The notes beneath the pieces are model-generated. The model was not told where the DNA came from. It did no database searches and saw only the letters and a program-made list of their open reading frames with translations. Made by a program: the position numbers and the translations under genes. From contig NZ_CANNCF010000005.1 in assembly GCF_947503045.1 (NCBI RefSeq), forward strand, positions 47,085-111,084: a DNA stretch of 64,000 bases, read 5' to 3'. The stretch comes from an uncultured Tateyamaria sp. (GTDB taxonomy: Bacteria; Pseudomonadota; Alphaproteobacteria; Rhodobacterales; Rhodobacteraceae). Numbering within the stretch: position 1 is the first letter of the stretch; each line of letters opens with the position of its first letter. Positions 29,300 through 39,368 of this stretch are shown here, piece after piece.

Positions 29300-30292
29300 C
29301 TAAATGCGCAGCCCATCTGCGTTGAAGTAAAAAGCCCGCCCCGGCGAAAACCCGAAGTTGACCGTTTCACCTTGATGGATTGAATGCTGTCCGAACAGGC
29401 GGGCGGTGATCTGGGTGCCTTTCACCCGAGCGACGACATTGGTGTCACCGCCAAGGTGCTCCACATGCTGGACCGCCGCGGACAGATCGCCATCCGGTTG
29501 CAGGCGGAGATCTTCGGGGCGTACGCCAAGCGTTCTTGTGTCGCCTTCGGAGACAAACCCAGCAGGCATGAAGTTCATCGCAGGCGAGCCGAGGAAACCC
29601 GCGACGAACTGGTTGACCGGATTGTTGTAGAGCTCCATCGGGCTACCGATCTGTTCGACCCGACCGTCCCGCAACACGACAATCTTGTCTGCCAGTGTCA
29701 TGGCTTCGGTCTGGTCATGGGTCACGTAGATCATCGAGGCCGCCAGCGTGTCGTGCAGGTTCGCGATCTCAAGCCGCGTGTTCATCCGCAGCGCGGCATC
29801 GAGGTTCGACAGTGGTTCGTCAAAGAGAAAGAGTTTTGGTTCGCGCACGATGGCGCGGCCGATGGCAACACGCTGGCGCTGGCCACCCGACAGTTCGGAC
29901 GGGTAGCGGTCAAGATAGGCCTCAAGGTCCAGCATCTTGCTGGCTTTCGCGACCCGTTCCTCGATCACGGCCTTGCTTTGACGTTCCTGTTTCAGGGCCA
30001 GCGACATGTTCTTGCGCACATTCAGGTGCGGATAAAGCGCGTAGCTTTGGAACACCATGGCAATGCCGCGTTTCGACGGTGGCGTGGTGTTGACCAGAGT
30101 ACCGCCGATATGCACTTCGCCCGACGTCGCATCCTCCAGCCCCGCGATCACGCGCAAAAGCGTGGATTTGCCGCAACCCGATGGGCCGACGAACACGACA
30201 AACTCGCCATCCTCGACCTCGATATTGATGTCTTTCAGCACGTGAACGTCGCCAAAGGACTTGTTCACATTTGTCAGGGTCAAAGCAGTCAT
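29300..30292 (-). CDS. Carbohydrate ABC transporter ATP-binding protein (MalK/UgpC family)
   Basis: GPSGCGKST, VFQSYALYPH, LSGGQRQRVA, FDEPLSNLD. Confidence 0.95.
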   Translation of the reverse strand: MTALTLTNVNKSFGDVHVLKDINIEVEDGEFVVFVGPSGCGKSTLLRVIAGLEDATSGEVHIGGTLVNTTPPSKRGIAMVFQSYALYPHLNVRKNMSLALKQERQSKAVIEERVAKASKMLDLEAYLDRYPSELSGGQRQRVAIGRAIVREPKLFLFDEPLSNLDAALRMNTRLEIANLHDTLAASMIYVTHDQTEAMTLADKIVVLRDGRVEQIGSPMELYNNPVNQFVAGFLGSPAMNFMPAGFVSEGDTRTLGVRPEDLRLQPDGDLSAAVQHVEHLGGDTNVVARVKGTQITARLFGQHSIHQGETVNFGFSPGRAFYFNADGLRI

Positions 30293-31317
30293 CGATTTGG
30301 CTCCTTGAGGGATACGGGCGCACCGGTGCGGATGCTTTCATCGGCAGCCAGGCAAATGGCAAGGGATTGCACCGCGTCATTCATGTGGCGGGTGAGGTCG
30401 ATGTCGTCGTGAATGGCGCGCAGCACATAGGCCTGCTCGGCGTCGCACAGTTTCTGATGGCAGGGCTCGTCCGGCATCTCGATGGTCTGATCCCCGTCCG
30501 GGCGATGCACAAGGATGCCGCCGACTTTCGTATGGCCGTCGATGTCGCTTGAGGCGCCCTTGTTGCCGTCGGTGATCGAAACAGAGCCATTGGGGGAGAC
30601 GATGTCTTTTACAAAGAACGCGGTCTCGGACATCATCGGCCCCCATCCGGCCTCGTACCAGCCGACCGACCCGTCCTCAAAGACGACCTGAAACTGGCCA
30701 TAGTTGTACATGTCCTCGGCGATCTCGTCCGACAGGCGCAGACCCATGCCATGCACGCGCACCGGATCGGCATCGGTGATCTGACACATCACATCCACAT
30801 AGTGCACGCCGCAATCGACAATCGGGCTGGTGGTCTGCATCAGCGCCTTGTGGGTCTCCCACTCCGCGCCGGACGATTGTTGGTTGAGGTTCAGGCGAAA
30901 CACATATGGCCCGCCAAGGCCGCGCGCCTCGTCGATCAGGCGCATCCACGACGGATGATGGCGCAGGATGTAACCCACGACCAGCTTGCGGTTCAGCCTT
31001 TGGGCCGTTTCCACAACGCGGCGCGCATCAGCAACCGTGGTGGCCAGTGGCTTTTCGACAAAGACATGCGCACCTGCCTCCATCGCCGCACAGGCGAAAT
31101 CCGCATGACTGTCGGAATAGGTCGCAATGACGACGAGGTCCGGCTTGGTTTCCATCCCCTCTTCGAAACTTTTGAAACGCGGGTAGCCGGCCAGCGTGTC
31201 GGGCAAGGCAACCTCGGATCGGTTCACCAGTCCGACAATCTCTGACCCCGCGTGGTGGTGGGCCAAGGCATGGGACAGGCCCATATTCCCCAATCCTGCA
31301 ATCAGAACACGGGTCAT
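30289..31317 (-). CDS. Gfo/Idh/MocA family oxidoreductase
   Basis: IAGLGNMG Rossmann start, HVFVEKPLA, DCGVHYVD. Confidence 0.9.
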   Translation of the reverse strand: MTRVLIAGLGNMGLSHALAHHHAGSEIVGLVNRSEVALPDTLAGYPRFKSFEEGMETKPDLVVIATYSDSHADFACAAMEAGAHVFVEKPLATTVADARRVVETAQRLNRKLVVGYILRHHPSWMRLIDEARGLGGPYVFRLNLNQQSSGAEWETHKALMQTTSPIVDCGVHYVDVMCQITDADPVRVHGMGLRLSDEIAEDMYNYGQFQVVFEDGSVGWYEAGWGPMMSETAFFVKDIVSPNGSVSITDGNKGASSDIDGHTKVGGILVHRPDGDQTIEMPDEPCHQKLCDAEQAYVLRAIHDDIDLTRHMNDAVQSLAICLAADESIRTGAPVSLKEPNR

Positions 31318-32153
31318 TTGACGGCTCCGGATGTCAGGCCGCGGATCAATTGCCGCGAAAAGATGACGTAGAGGATCAACACCGGCAGGATGGCCATGGA
31401 CAGGGCCGAAAGGACCGCGTTCCAGTCTGTGACGAACTGACCGATGAAGACTTGCGACCCCAGTGTCAGCGTCTTGGTTTCTTCGGCGGGGGCCAGGATC
31501 AGCGGGAACCACAAATCGTTCCAGATCGGGATCATGTTGAAAACGGCCACGGTCGCCATGGCAGGGCGCACCAGCGGCAGGACAAGCTGGAAGAAGATCG
31601 CATATTCGCTGAGGCCATCCACGCGGGCGGCGTTCTTGAGATCATCGGACACCTGCCGCATGAATTCGCTGAGGATGAAGACCGCCAGTGGCAGGCCCTG
31701 TGCCGTATAGACAAGGATCAGCGCCCAAAGCGTGTTCACCAAACCACCCGCCACCATCATCTCGAGGATGGCCACCGTACCGATGCGGATTGGGATCATG
31801 ATCCCAAGCGCCAGATACAGCCCCATCAGCGTGTTGCCCTTGAACCGGTATTCGGCCAGCGCAAAGGCCGCCATGGCACCAAAGAGCAGGACAAAGAACA
31901 GCGTTGCGACCGTCACGATCATCGAATTCTGGAAGTAGAGGAAGAAATCCCCCTGCTTCATCACGGTCTGATAGCCGATCATCGAAAAGCTTTCGGCATC
32001 CGGCAAGGCAAGGGGTTCGCGAAAGATCGCCTTGCGGGTCTTGAAGCTGTTGATCAGGATCACGAAAACCGGGAAGAGCGCGATCAGCGTGTAGAGGATC
32101 AACGCACCATGCATGGCGGTCGTGTTGAATGGGTTTGTGCGGGCTTTGTTCAT
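31314..32153 (-). CDS. Carbohydrate ABC transporter permease (MalG type)
   Basis: YFQNSMIV, EAA-like loop NAARVDG, WNDLWFPL. Confidence 0.92.
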   Translation of the reverse strand: MNKARTNPFNTTAMHGALILYTLIALFPVFVILINSFKTRKAIFREPLALPDAESFSMIGYQTVMKQGDFFLYFQNSMIVTVATLFFVLLFGAMAAFALAEYRFKGNTLMGLYLALGIMIPIRIGTVAILEMMVAGGLVNTLWALILVYTAQGLPLAVFILSEFMRQVSDDLKNAARVDGLSEYAIFFQLVLPLVRPAMATVAVFNMIPIWNDLWFPLILAPAEETKTLTLGSQVFIGQFVTDWNAVLSALSMAILPVLILYVIFSRQLIRGLTSGAVK

Positions 32154-32163
32154 CTTAGCATCC

Positions 32164-33078
32164 TCACATTTGATACCGGCGCATCCGGGTCTGGATGCCA
32201 AACAGGTAGATACAGACCCCGAGGAGGATGATTGCAAACATACCGCTGGCAATGGCCGATCCCATATGTGGATCCCCCAGCTGCAGCTGGAACCCGAAAA
32301 AGGTGCGGTACATGAACGTGCCAAGGATATCGGTCGAGAAATCAGGGCCGGCCAGCGCGCCCTGGGCGGCATAGATCAGGTCAAAGGCGTTGAAATTGCC
32401 AACGAATGTCAGGATCGAGATAATCCCGATGGAGGGCAGGATCAGCGGCAGCTTTATCTTCCAGAAGGCCGAGATACCGGTGATACCGTCCACTTCGCCC
32501 GCTTCAATGATTTCCTCGGGGATCGACAGCAGAGCGGCGTAGATCAACATCATCGGGATGCCGACAAACTGCCACACAGAGATCAGCGCCAGCGTGGTCA
32601 GCGCATATTCTTCCTTGCCCAGCCATGGCGAGAACAGTGATTTCAGACCAACAAAGTCCAGCATGCTGGGTGCGATGCCCCAGATCGGCGACAGGATCAG
32701 TTTCCACGCAAAGCCGACGATCACGAAAGACAGGATCGTCGGGATGAAAATGGCCGAACGGTAGAGCGCGGCAAAGCGCAAGCGCGGGTGGCTCAGGATC
32801 GCGGCCAGTGCCACGCCAATCGGGTTCTGCACCAGCATGTGTACGATGAAGAACCAGAAATTGTTTCCAAGCGCGTTCCAGAACTGTTCGGACCAGAACG
32901 GGTCAAAGAACAGGGTGCGAAAGTTGTCGAGGCCGACATAGATACGTTCCTGATCCACTTTGCTGTAGAGCGCGAGGCGCAGCGTGTTGAACAGCGGAAA
33001 GATCATGATGGCGGTGTAGACCAGCACGGCGGGTGCCAGGAACACAGCGATGTGCCAGCGTGTACGAGCGCGTTGCAT
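32164..33078 (-). CDS. Carbohydrate ABC transporter permease (MalF type)
   Basis: YVGLDNF, IPEEIIEAGEVDG, FNAFDLIY. Confidence 0.92.
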   Translation of the reverse strand: MQRARTRWHIAVFLAPAVLVYTAIMIFPLFNTLRLALYSKVDQERIYVGLDNFRTLFFDPFWSEQFWNALGNNFWFFIVHMLVQNPIGVALAAILSHPRLRFAALYRSAIFIPTILSFVIVGFAWKLILSPIWGIAPSMLDFVGLKSLFSPWLGKEEYALTTLALISVWQFVGIPMMLIYAALLSIPEEIIEAGEVDGITGISAFWKIKLPLILPSIGIISILTFVGNFNAFDLIYAAQGALAGPDFSTDILGTFMYRTFFGFQLQLGDPHMGSAIASGMFAIILLGVCIYLFGIQTRMRRYQM

Positions 33079-33096
33079 TTGGAAATCTCCTGAAGG

Positions 33097-33122
33097 GTCC
33101 GGGCGGGAAAGGCCGCCCGGAC
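33097..33122. other. GC-rich intergenic stem-loop between the SBP and permease genes
   Basis: gtccgggcgg-gaaagg-ccgcccggac, 10-bp perfect stem; typical mRNA-stabilising/attenuating hairpin. Confidence 0.6.
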
Positions 33123-33141
33123 AAGGCAGTAACGGGAGGGG

Positions 33142-34395
33142 TTACTGCTGTGGTTCGTACCAGCTGGCGAGGCCGGTCTGCAGCTCGGCGCCCAGTTCCT
33201 CGGGCGACGAGGTGCCCTTGATGGCCGCAACGGACGCGCCCCAGGTCTCGTTTTCGAGGTTCGGCGTGCCGCGCGACAGGATCTGGTAAGTAGAGCGGAT
33301 CGTGCTCTCGCACTCACCACGCCAGCCAACGATTTCCTTGGCCAGCGGATCGCTCAGTTCGACCGGCTCTTTTGACAGCGGGAAGAAGCCGGGCAAGGCA
33401 TTGCCAAAGATCACCGCGAATTCCGGGCTGCCGACCCAGGCCAGAAAGGTCTTGGCCGCTTCGGGATTGTCGGTCGCTGCGTTCATGCCGATGCCGATGT
33501 CGGTGTGGTCCGAGATGTAGCAGGTGTCGCCTGCGTTCTGCACCGGCGGCTTGAAAGCGCCCATTTCGAAATCGGCCTGCGCATTGAATCCAGAGATCTC
33601 CCAAGAGCCTGCCGGATAGATGGCCGCACGGCCCAGCGTGAACAGGTTCTGGCTGTCGGGATAGGTCTGCGCCTCGTATCCGTCGCCCAGATAGTCACCC
33701 CATTTGGCAAGCGTCGCGTAAGGGGCCGTCCATGCCGCATCGGTCAGCTTCTGTTCGCCCGCGATCAGCGCGCGCCGGCCTTCTTCGCCCTTCCAGTAGT
33801 TGGGACCGATGTTGTTGTAGCCCATGGTCGCGGCTTCCCATTGGTCGTTGGTGCCCATGGCCATTGGGATGTAGGTGCCGTCTTCCTTGAATGCCTCAAG
33901 CACGGCAAAGAACTCGTCTTCGGTGTTCGGCACATCGACGCCCAGTTCGGCAAAGGCGTCCTTGTTGTAGATAAAGCCGTGGATGACCGACGCCATTGGC
34001 ACACAGAAGGTGGCCGCGCCGTCATCCGTCTGCCACGCCGATTTCGCAACGTCCGAGAAGTTGCTCATCGCGTCCATGTCATCAAGGTCGGCCAGATGGC
34101 CCGCCTCGAACAGCGCAAGCGAGGCATCGAACGGACGACAGGTGATGATGTCACCGGCAGAGCCCGCATCGAGCTTGGAGTTCAGGACGGCGTTGTATTC
34201 GGCAGGGGCGGAGGGTGTGAAATTCACCTTGATGCCGGGATGCTCGGCCTCGAATGCCGGAATGATCTTGTCCTGCCAAAGCACCAGATCGTCGTTGCGC
34301 CAGCTTTCGATTGTAAGCGTGACGTCTTGCGCCATGGCTCCTGTGGCGGTGAGCGCGGTGCTCAGCAATGCCAGTTTGATCGTGTTGCGTGTCAT
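33142..34395 (-). CDS. Carbohydrate ABC transporter substrate-binding protein (SBP_bac_1)
   Basis: Signal peptide; FEAEHPGIKV, GFIYNKDAF, GRAAIYPAGSW. Confidence 0.92.
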   Translation of the reverse strand: MTRNTIKLALLSTALTATGAMAQDVTLTIESWRNDDLVLWQDKIIPAFEAEHPGIKVNFTPSAPAEYNAVLNSKLDAGSAGDIITCRPFDASLALFEAGHLADLDDMDAMSNFSDVAKSAWQTDDGAATFCVPMASVIHGFIYNKDAFAELGVDVPNTEDEFFAVLEAFKEDGTYIPMAMGTNDQWEAATMGYNNIGPNYWKGEEGRRALIAGEQKLTDAAWTAPYATLAKWGDYLGDGYEAQTYPDSQNLFTLGRAAIYPAGSWEISGFNAQADFEMGAFKPPVQNAGDTCYISDHTDIGIGMNAATDNPEAAKTFLAWVGSPEFAVIFGNALPGFFPLSKEPVELSDPLAKEIVGWRGECESTIRSTYQILSRGTPNLENETWGASVAAIKGTSSPEELGAELQTGLASWYEPQQ

Positions 34396-34431
34396 TATTG
34401 GTTCCTCCCAGATTGCAACTCATGTGATGTC

Positions 34432-35319
34432 TTAAACCGTGCGCTCCAATGCGGGGCGCAAATGTCCATGTGTGTCTTTCAGCCGGGCCTGTGCCGCATC
34501 CCGCGCCAACCCCGTGGCGGCCATCAGAACAGCCGTTTTGACGTGGCCCCCTGCGGCATCCAACGTGTCGCGCGCGGCTGTCTCGGGCACACCGGCGATC
34601 TGGGCAACGATCCCGCAGGCCCGCGCACGCAGTTTGATATTGTCGGCGTGCACATTGACCATCATGCCGTCATGCACGTGCCCCAGATGCACCGCCATCA
34701 GCACCGACAGCGTGTTGAGCGCAATCTTTTGCGCCGTCCCGGCACCCATGCGGGTCGATCCGGACAAGACCTCGGGCGGCGTTGCCAGCAAGACGGCATG
34801 GTCTGCCATGTTCAAAAGGTCAGAGCCTGCGTTATTGGCAATCCCGATAACTGTTGCACCCTTTGACTTGGCAATGCGTGTGGCCTCGATGGTGTAAGGC
34901 GTCGATCCGCTGGCCGAGACCGCGATCATCGTGTCTTTTTCGGACAGCTCGGCCATTGCCGCCGCCAGCCCATCCGTGGCGTCTTCGGTGTCGCCCGGCA
35001 TCTCGACGCCCATGGGCAGTCCACCGGCCATATGTATGCGCAATTGTGCGGCAGGGATTGAAAAGGTTCCGCCAAGTTCCTGCGCATCCGCGGCTGCCAT
35101 CAGCCCCGATGACCCCGCAGCGGCATAGTGGAGGCAGGCGCCGGCGTTGATCGTGCGCGCCATGGCTTCTGCGCCAGCGCAGATAGCAGGGATTGCCTGC
35201 TGAACACATGCGGCGGCGGCAACTTGTCCGGACGCGAGAAGTGCAGCGATCTCCACCGGAGGCCGCTGATCCAAACCGACCGCGCTATCGTGCAAATGTT
35301 CCGTGGTGTTCGCTGACAC
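34432..35319 (-). CDS. murQ: N-acetylmuramic acid 6-phosphate etherase
   Basis: YAAAGSSG, DAQELGGTF, VSASGSTPY, PEVLSGSTRMGAGTAQKIALN, MMVNV. Confidence 0.85.
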   Translation of the reverse strand: MSANTTEHLHDSAVGLDQRPPVEIAALLASGQVAAAACVQQAIPAICAGAEAMARTINAGACLHYAAAGSSGLMAAADAQELGGTFSIPAAQLRIHMAGGLPMGVEMPGDTEDATDGLAAAMAELSEKDTMIAVSASGSTPYTIEATRIAKSKGATVIGIANNAGSDLLNMADHAVLLATPPEVLSGSTRMGAGTAQKIALNTLSVLMAVHLGHVHDGMMVNVHADNIKLRARACGIVAQIAGVPETAARDTLDAAGGHVKTAVLMAATGLARDAAQARLKDTHGHLRPALERTV

Positions 35320-35345
35320 GCGATTCTCCCTCAAGCTTCGATCAA

Positions 35346-35375
35346 CATACCTTTTAGATACCATTTGTCTACCAT
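35346..35375 (-). promoter_or_regulatory. Three direct repeats with 11-bp period (TGGTAGA/TGGTATC/AGGTATG), NagQ-like operator
   Basis: Minus strand aaTGGTAGAcaaaTGGTATCtaaaAGGTATG upstream of murQ. Confidence 0.65.
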
Positions 35376-35467
35376 TTAATTTTTCGCCACATTCTTGCCA
35401 TAATATTCAGGCCTATAGCAGTCGATGTGAGACGGTTGGTACTATTTAGGCCTTTAAAATGCACAAT

Positions 35468-35485
35468 AGGTATTATAAAGGTATC
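35468..35485 (+). promoter_or_regulatory. Direct repeat AGGTATT-N4-AGGTATC, NagQ-like operator
   Basis: Immediately upstream of the kinase ATG at 35489. Confidence 0.6.
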
Positions 35486-35488
35486 TAC

Positions 35489-36370
35489 ATGACAGATTCG
35501 CCCAACACCTCAGTCCTTGCCGTCGATGGCGGCGGAACGCGGTGCCGTTTTGCTTTGCAAACCGCTCAAGGGCGCGTGGTCGCCGAAGCAGGGCCAGCCA
35601 ATGTGTCAACGGATTTCGACGGTGCGGTGCGGCGGCTGCAGGATGGGATCGCCGCTCTGGCGGGCTTGGCGGATACAAGCGTTGAAACCCTGTACGACCT
35701 GCCAGCTTTTGTCGGGTTGGCCGGAGCGACGGGACCGGCAGAGGTCCAACGTTTGAAGTCCAAGCTGCCGCTGCAAAACGTGTGCTACGCCGATGATCGG
35801 CGGGCTGCGCTGCGGGGTGCTTTGGGGCAGGGCGACGGGTTTGTCGCCCACTGCGGAACAGGTTCCTTTTTTGCGGCGCAAACGGGCGGCAAGGAACGAT
35901 TTGGCGGTGGTTGGGGCGCAACCCTGGGGGATGAGGCGTCTGCCCAATGGGTTGGACGCAAGGCGCTGACACAGTATTTGCGCGAGGTGGATGGGTTCGC
36001 CCCTGCCTCCGCATTGGTGGGCGACTTGAAGGCCCGGTTCCAGAGCGCCGAGCGCGTGGCGGAATTTGCGCGCTCCGCACGGCCTGCCGACTTTGGCACG
36101 ATTGCCCCGCATGTGACAGTCAATGCCAAAAGTGGTGATGCAGTCGCACTGGCCATCCTGCAAGCCGGGGCTGACCATATCGCGTTCGATCTCCGGCAGA
36201 TGGGGTGGACCCCCGGTCTGACCATTTGCCTCACTGGGGGGATCGGGCCGCACTACGCGCCCTATATGCCTGACGACATGAAACCCGACCTCGCCGAACC
36301 GCTGGGGCAACCGCTTGACGGGGCGATTGCACTCGCGCGGGAGATGGAGATGACACATGGACATTGCTGA
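35489..36370 (+). CDS. BadF/BadG/BcrA/BcrD-type sugar kinase (GlcNAc kinase-like)
   Basis: VDGGGTRCR, AGPANV, GTGSFF, GWGATLGDEAS, LTGGIG. Confidence 0.85.
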   Translation: MTDSPNTSVLAVDGGGTRCRFALQTAQGRVVAEAGPANVSTDFDGAVRRLQDGIAALAGLADTSVETLYDLPAFVGLAGATGPAEVQRLKSKLPLQNVCYADDRRAALRGALGQGDGFVAHCGTGSFFAAQTGGKERFGGGWGATLGDEASAQWVGRKALTQYLREVDGFAPASALVGDLKARFQSAERVAEFARSARPADFGTIAPHVTVNAKSGDAVALAILQAGADHIAFDLRQMGWTPGLTICLTGGIGPHYAPYMPDDMKPDLAEPLGQPLDGAIALAREMEMTHGHC

Positions 36371-37112
36371 GTTCCTGCGCCCCGAAGGCTGGCTGACCCG
36401 CTCTGCCGGACCGCGCTATGTGCAGTTGCGCAGACGGCTTGAGGCGGGGATCGAAGACGGCATTCTTGCGCCGAACTCGTCGCTGCCGCCTGAGCGCGAG
36501 ATTGCGGAGATCACCGATTTGTCCCGCGTCACCGTGCGCAAGGCCATTCAGGAACTGGTGCGCGAGGGCACCGTGGAGCAGCGCCAGGGGTCGGGGTCAT
36601 TCGTGCGCGAACCGGTCACGCGAGTGGAACAATCGCTGTCGCACCTGACCTCATTTTCCGAGGACATGCAGCGGCGCGGGTTGGAGACCACGTCCAAATG
36701 GCTTGAACGGGGGATCTTCATGCCCTCTCCGGACGAGGTGCTGGCCCTTGGTCTTGCTGCAGGCGATCAGGTGTCGCGGATTTACCGTTTGCGCGAGGCG
36801 GGGGGGCGGCCCATGGCGCTGGAACGCGCGGCGCTGCCGCTTGATATCCTGCCAAATCCCACTGCGGTGACGACGTCACTTTATGAATTACTGGAACAGT
36901 CCGGCATGCGCCCGATCCGCGCTGTCCAGAAAATCTCTGCCATCAATCTGGAGGCGCAAGAGGCGGAGTTGTTGAACGTCGCCGAAGGCACAGCCGGTCT
37001 GCGCATTCAACGCACATCCTATTTGCAAAGCGGGCGGGTCGCGGAGCTCACCCGCTCGATCTATCGTGGTGACGCCTACGATTTCGTGGCCGAACTGCGC
37101 CTCTCTCATTGA
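36357..37112 (+). CDS. GntR/HutC (UTRA) regulator, NagQ-like
   Basis: LPPEREIA...SRVTVRKAI...RQGSGSF; LTSFSEDM; UTRA C-terminus; located in the nag cluster. Confidence 0.9.
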   Translation: MDIAEFLRPEGWLTRSAGPRYVQLRRRLEAGIEDGILAPNSSLPPEREIAEITDLSRVTVRKAIQELVREGTVEQRQGSGSFVREPVTRVEQSLSHLTSFSEDMQRRGLETTSKWLERGIFMPSPDEVLALGLAAGDQVSRIYRLREAGGRPMALERAALPLDILPNPTAVTTSLYELLEQSGMRPIRAVQKISAINLEAQEAELLNVAEGTAGLRIQRTSYLQSGRVAELTRSIYRGDAYDFVAELRLSH

Positions 37113-37125
37113 AAGGGTCGCCGAG

Positions 37126-38154
37126 ATGACCTCTGACACCACCCTCATGCGCCGGGAAATCCTGGAAATCCCGGATGCCGTTGCACGTCTATTGTCGCAC
37201 GGGGGCGATGACATCCGCACCGCCGCTGCGGCGGCCCGCGCGATGGACCCGACCTTTCTTTTGTCTGTGGCGCGTGGGTCGTCCGATCACGCCTGCACCT
37301 ACCTGAAATATGCCAGCGAACTGGTGCTGCGACGCCCCATGGCCTCGGTCGGGCCATCTGTAAACTCCATCTACGGCGTCGATCTGATGGCCAAAGGCGC
37401 GCTGTGCCTGTCGGTCTCGCAATCGGGGATGAGCCCGGACATCGTGCGCATGACGAATTCCGTTGCGGGCGCAGGTGGCATGACCGTCGCCATCACCAAC
37501 GACCCGGCTTCCGATCTGGCGCAGGTCGCCTCCAACACGCTGCCGATCCATGCCGGACCAGAACTCAGCGTCGCCGCGACCAAGACCTTTGTCACATCGC
37601 TGGTTGCCGGGCTTTGGCTGATTGCCGAAATCAAGCAGGACGCCGATCTTGTGGCTGCGATCCACGCGCTGCCCGCCCATCTTGCAAGCGCAACTGCCTG
37701 TGACTGGTCCGATGCCGCCGCAGCGATGGACGGGCGATCGCTGTTCACGCTGGGACGCGGACCCTCTTGGGCCATCGCCAACGAGGCAGCGCTCAAATTC
37801 AAGGAAACATGCCTGATCCACGCGGAAAGCTATTCGTCCGCCGAAGTGCTGCATGGCCCCGTCTCCATCGTTGAACAGGGGTTCCCGGTGATCGGCTTTG
37901 CCGCTGGGGACGCCGCCGAGGGCAGCCTGGCCGAGGTCGCAGACGCGTTGGCAAGCAAAGGCGCGACGGTCTTTGCGACATCGGCCAAAGTCGAACAGGC
38001 CACCGCGCTGCCGCACACAAGAACCGACCATTGGCTGACCGACCCCATCGCCGCCATCGTGTCGTTCTATGGCATGGTCGAAACGGTCGCCCGTGCCCGC
38101 GGCATCAACCCGGACACGCCGCGCCACCTCAAGAAAGTGACCGAAACCGTATGA
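37126..38154 (+). CDS. SIS-domain protein (GlmS-isomerase-like glucosamine-6-P deaminase, NagB-II type)
   Basis: VARGSSDHA, VSQSGMSPD, AGPELSVAATKT, EAALKFKE...SSAEVLHGP, PRHLKKVT. Confidence 0.88.
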   Translation: MTSDTTLMRREILEIPDAVARLLSHGGDDIRTAAAAARAMDPTFLLSVARGSSDHACTYLKYASELVLRRPMASVGPSVNSIYGVDLMAKGALCLSVSQSGMSPDIVRMTNSVAGAGGMTVAITNDPASDLAQVASNTLPIHAGPELSVAATKTFVTSLVAGLWLIAEIKQDADLVAAIHALPAHLASATACDWSDAAAAMDGRSLFTLGRGPSWAIANEAALKFKETCLIHAESYSSAEVLHGPVSIVEQGFPVIGFAAGDAAEGSLAEVADALASKGATVFATSAKVEQATALPHTRTDHWLTDPIAAIVSFYGMVETVARARGINPDTPRHLKKVTETV

Positions 38155-39320
38155 CGCGCGCGACCAGCACATTCATTGGCGGCCGCGTTTTTGACGGCGA
38201 GCGTTTGTACGACGGCACTGCCGCGCAGTTTCGCGATGGTGTGTTTGTGGGTCTGGCGCCGGACACCGGGAGCGGGCCTGATGATCGCGTCATTGATCTG
38301 GACGGCGACATCCTGGCACCGGGCTATGTCGATCTTCAGGTCAATGGCGGCGGCGGCGTCATGTTCAATGATGATCCAAGCCGCGAGACACTGGCGCGCA
38401 TTGCCGAGGCACACCGATCCCTCGGGTCCACCGCGATCCTGCCGACGCTGATCACGGACCGCCCGGACAAGACGACAGCGGCCATCGAGGCTGTATGCTC
38501 GGCTCTGCATGCAGGTATGGCTGGGGTCAAGGGGCTGCATCTTGAGGGGCCGCACCTGTCCGTTGCGCGCAAAGGGGCCCATGATGCTGCGCTGATCCGA
38601 CCAATGGACGATGCCGATCTTCAGCAGTTGCTGGCGGCGAAAGCCGGCATTCCGGTCCTCAAAATCACCATCGCACCGGAAAGTGTCACGCCGGATCAGG
38701 TGCGCCAAATGATGCAGGCGGGCATCCTTGTCTCACTTGGCCACTCGGACGCCGATTTCGAGACCTGTCGCACCTATGCAAAGGCGGGCGCGTCTTGCGT
38801 GACGCATCTGTTCAACGCGATGAGCCAGCTTGGAAATCGCAAGCCGGGTCTGGTCGGCGCAGCCCTAAACTTGGGCCAACTGTCCGCCGGGGTGATCGCC
38901 GATGGGATACACGTCCATCCCGCATCTCTGCGGTCGGCGTGGGCAAGCAAGCGAGAACCGGGTGCGTTGTTCCTTGTCAGCGATGCAATGGCCGTGGCAG
39001 GGACAGACATGGCCGAATTTCATCTTGATGGGCGCCGAATATCCCGCAAGGACGGCCGCTTGACGCTGGAGGACGGCACGCTGGCTGGTGCCGATCTGGA
39101 CCTGACCACGGCGGTGCGCGTTCTTGTCGACCGGGTGGGCATTGATCTTGCGGATGCGCTGCGGGCGGCCACAACGGTTCCTGCGCGTATCATCGGCCTG
39201 CAGGGTGGATTGGTGCCTGGGAAAACCAGATTGACCGACGTCAATCGGATATCTGGGACTTTGACGGGCCTGCAAACGCTTGGTGTCACGGCAAACGAAC
39301 ACCATTCGACAGGCCCGTAA
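38151..39320 (+). CDS. nagA: N-acetylglucosamine-6-phosphate deacetylase
   Basis: PGYVDLQVNGGGG, GLHLEGP, GAH, LGHS, THLFNAMS, IADGIHV, VSDAM, LAG. Confidence 0.93.
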   Translation: MTRATSTFIGGRVFDGERLYDGTAAQFRDGVFVGLAPDTGSGPDDRVIDLDGDILAPGYVDLQVNGGGGVMFNDDPSRETLARIAEAHRSLGSTAILPTLITDRPDKTTAAIEAVCSALHAGMAGVKGLHLEGPHLSVARKGAHDAALIRPMDDADLQQLLAAKAGIPVLKITIAPESVTPDQVRQMMQAGILVSLGHSDADFETCRTYAKAGASCVTHLFNAMSQLGNRKPGLVGAALNLGQLSAGVIADGIHVHPASLRSAWASKREPGALFLVSDAMAVAGTDMAEFHLDGRRISRKDGRLTLEDGTLAGADLDLTTAVRVLVDRVGIDLADALRAATTVPARIIGLQGGLVPGKTRLTDVNRISGTLTGLQTLGVTANEHHSTGP

Positions 39321-39368
39321 CGAAACGCGCGGGACCTGCCCGGTTACTGTCAAACTAGCCTTGCCCTG

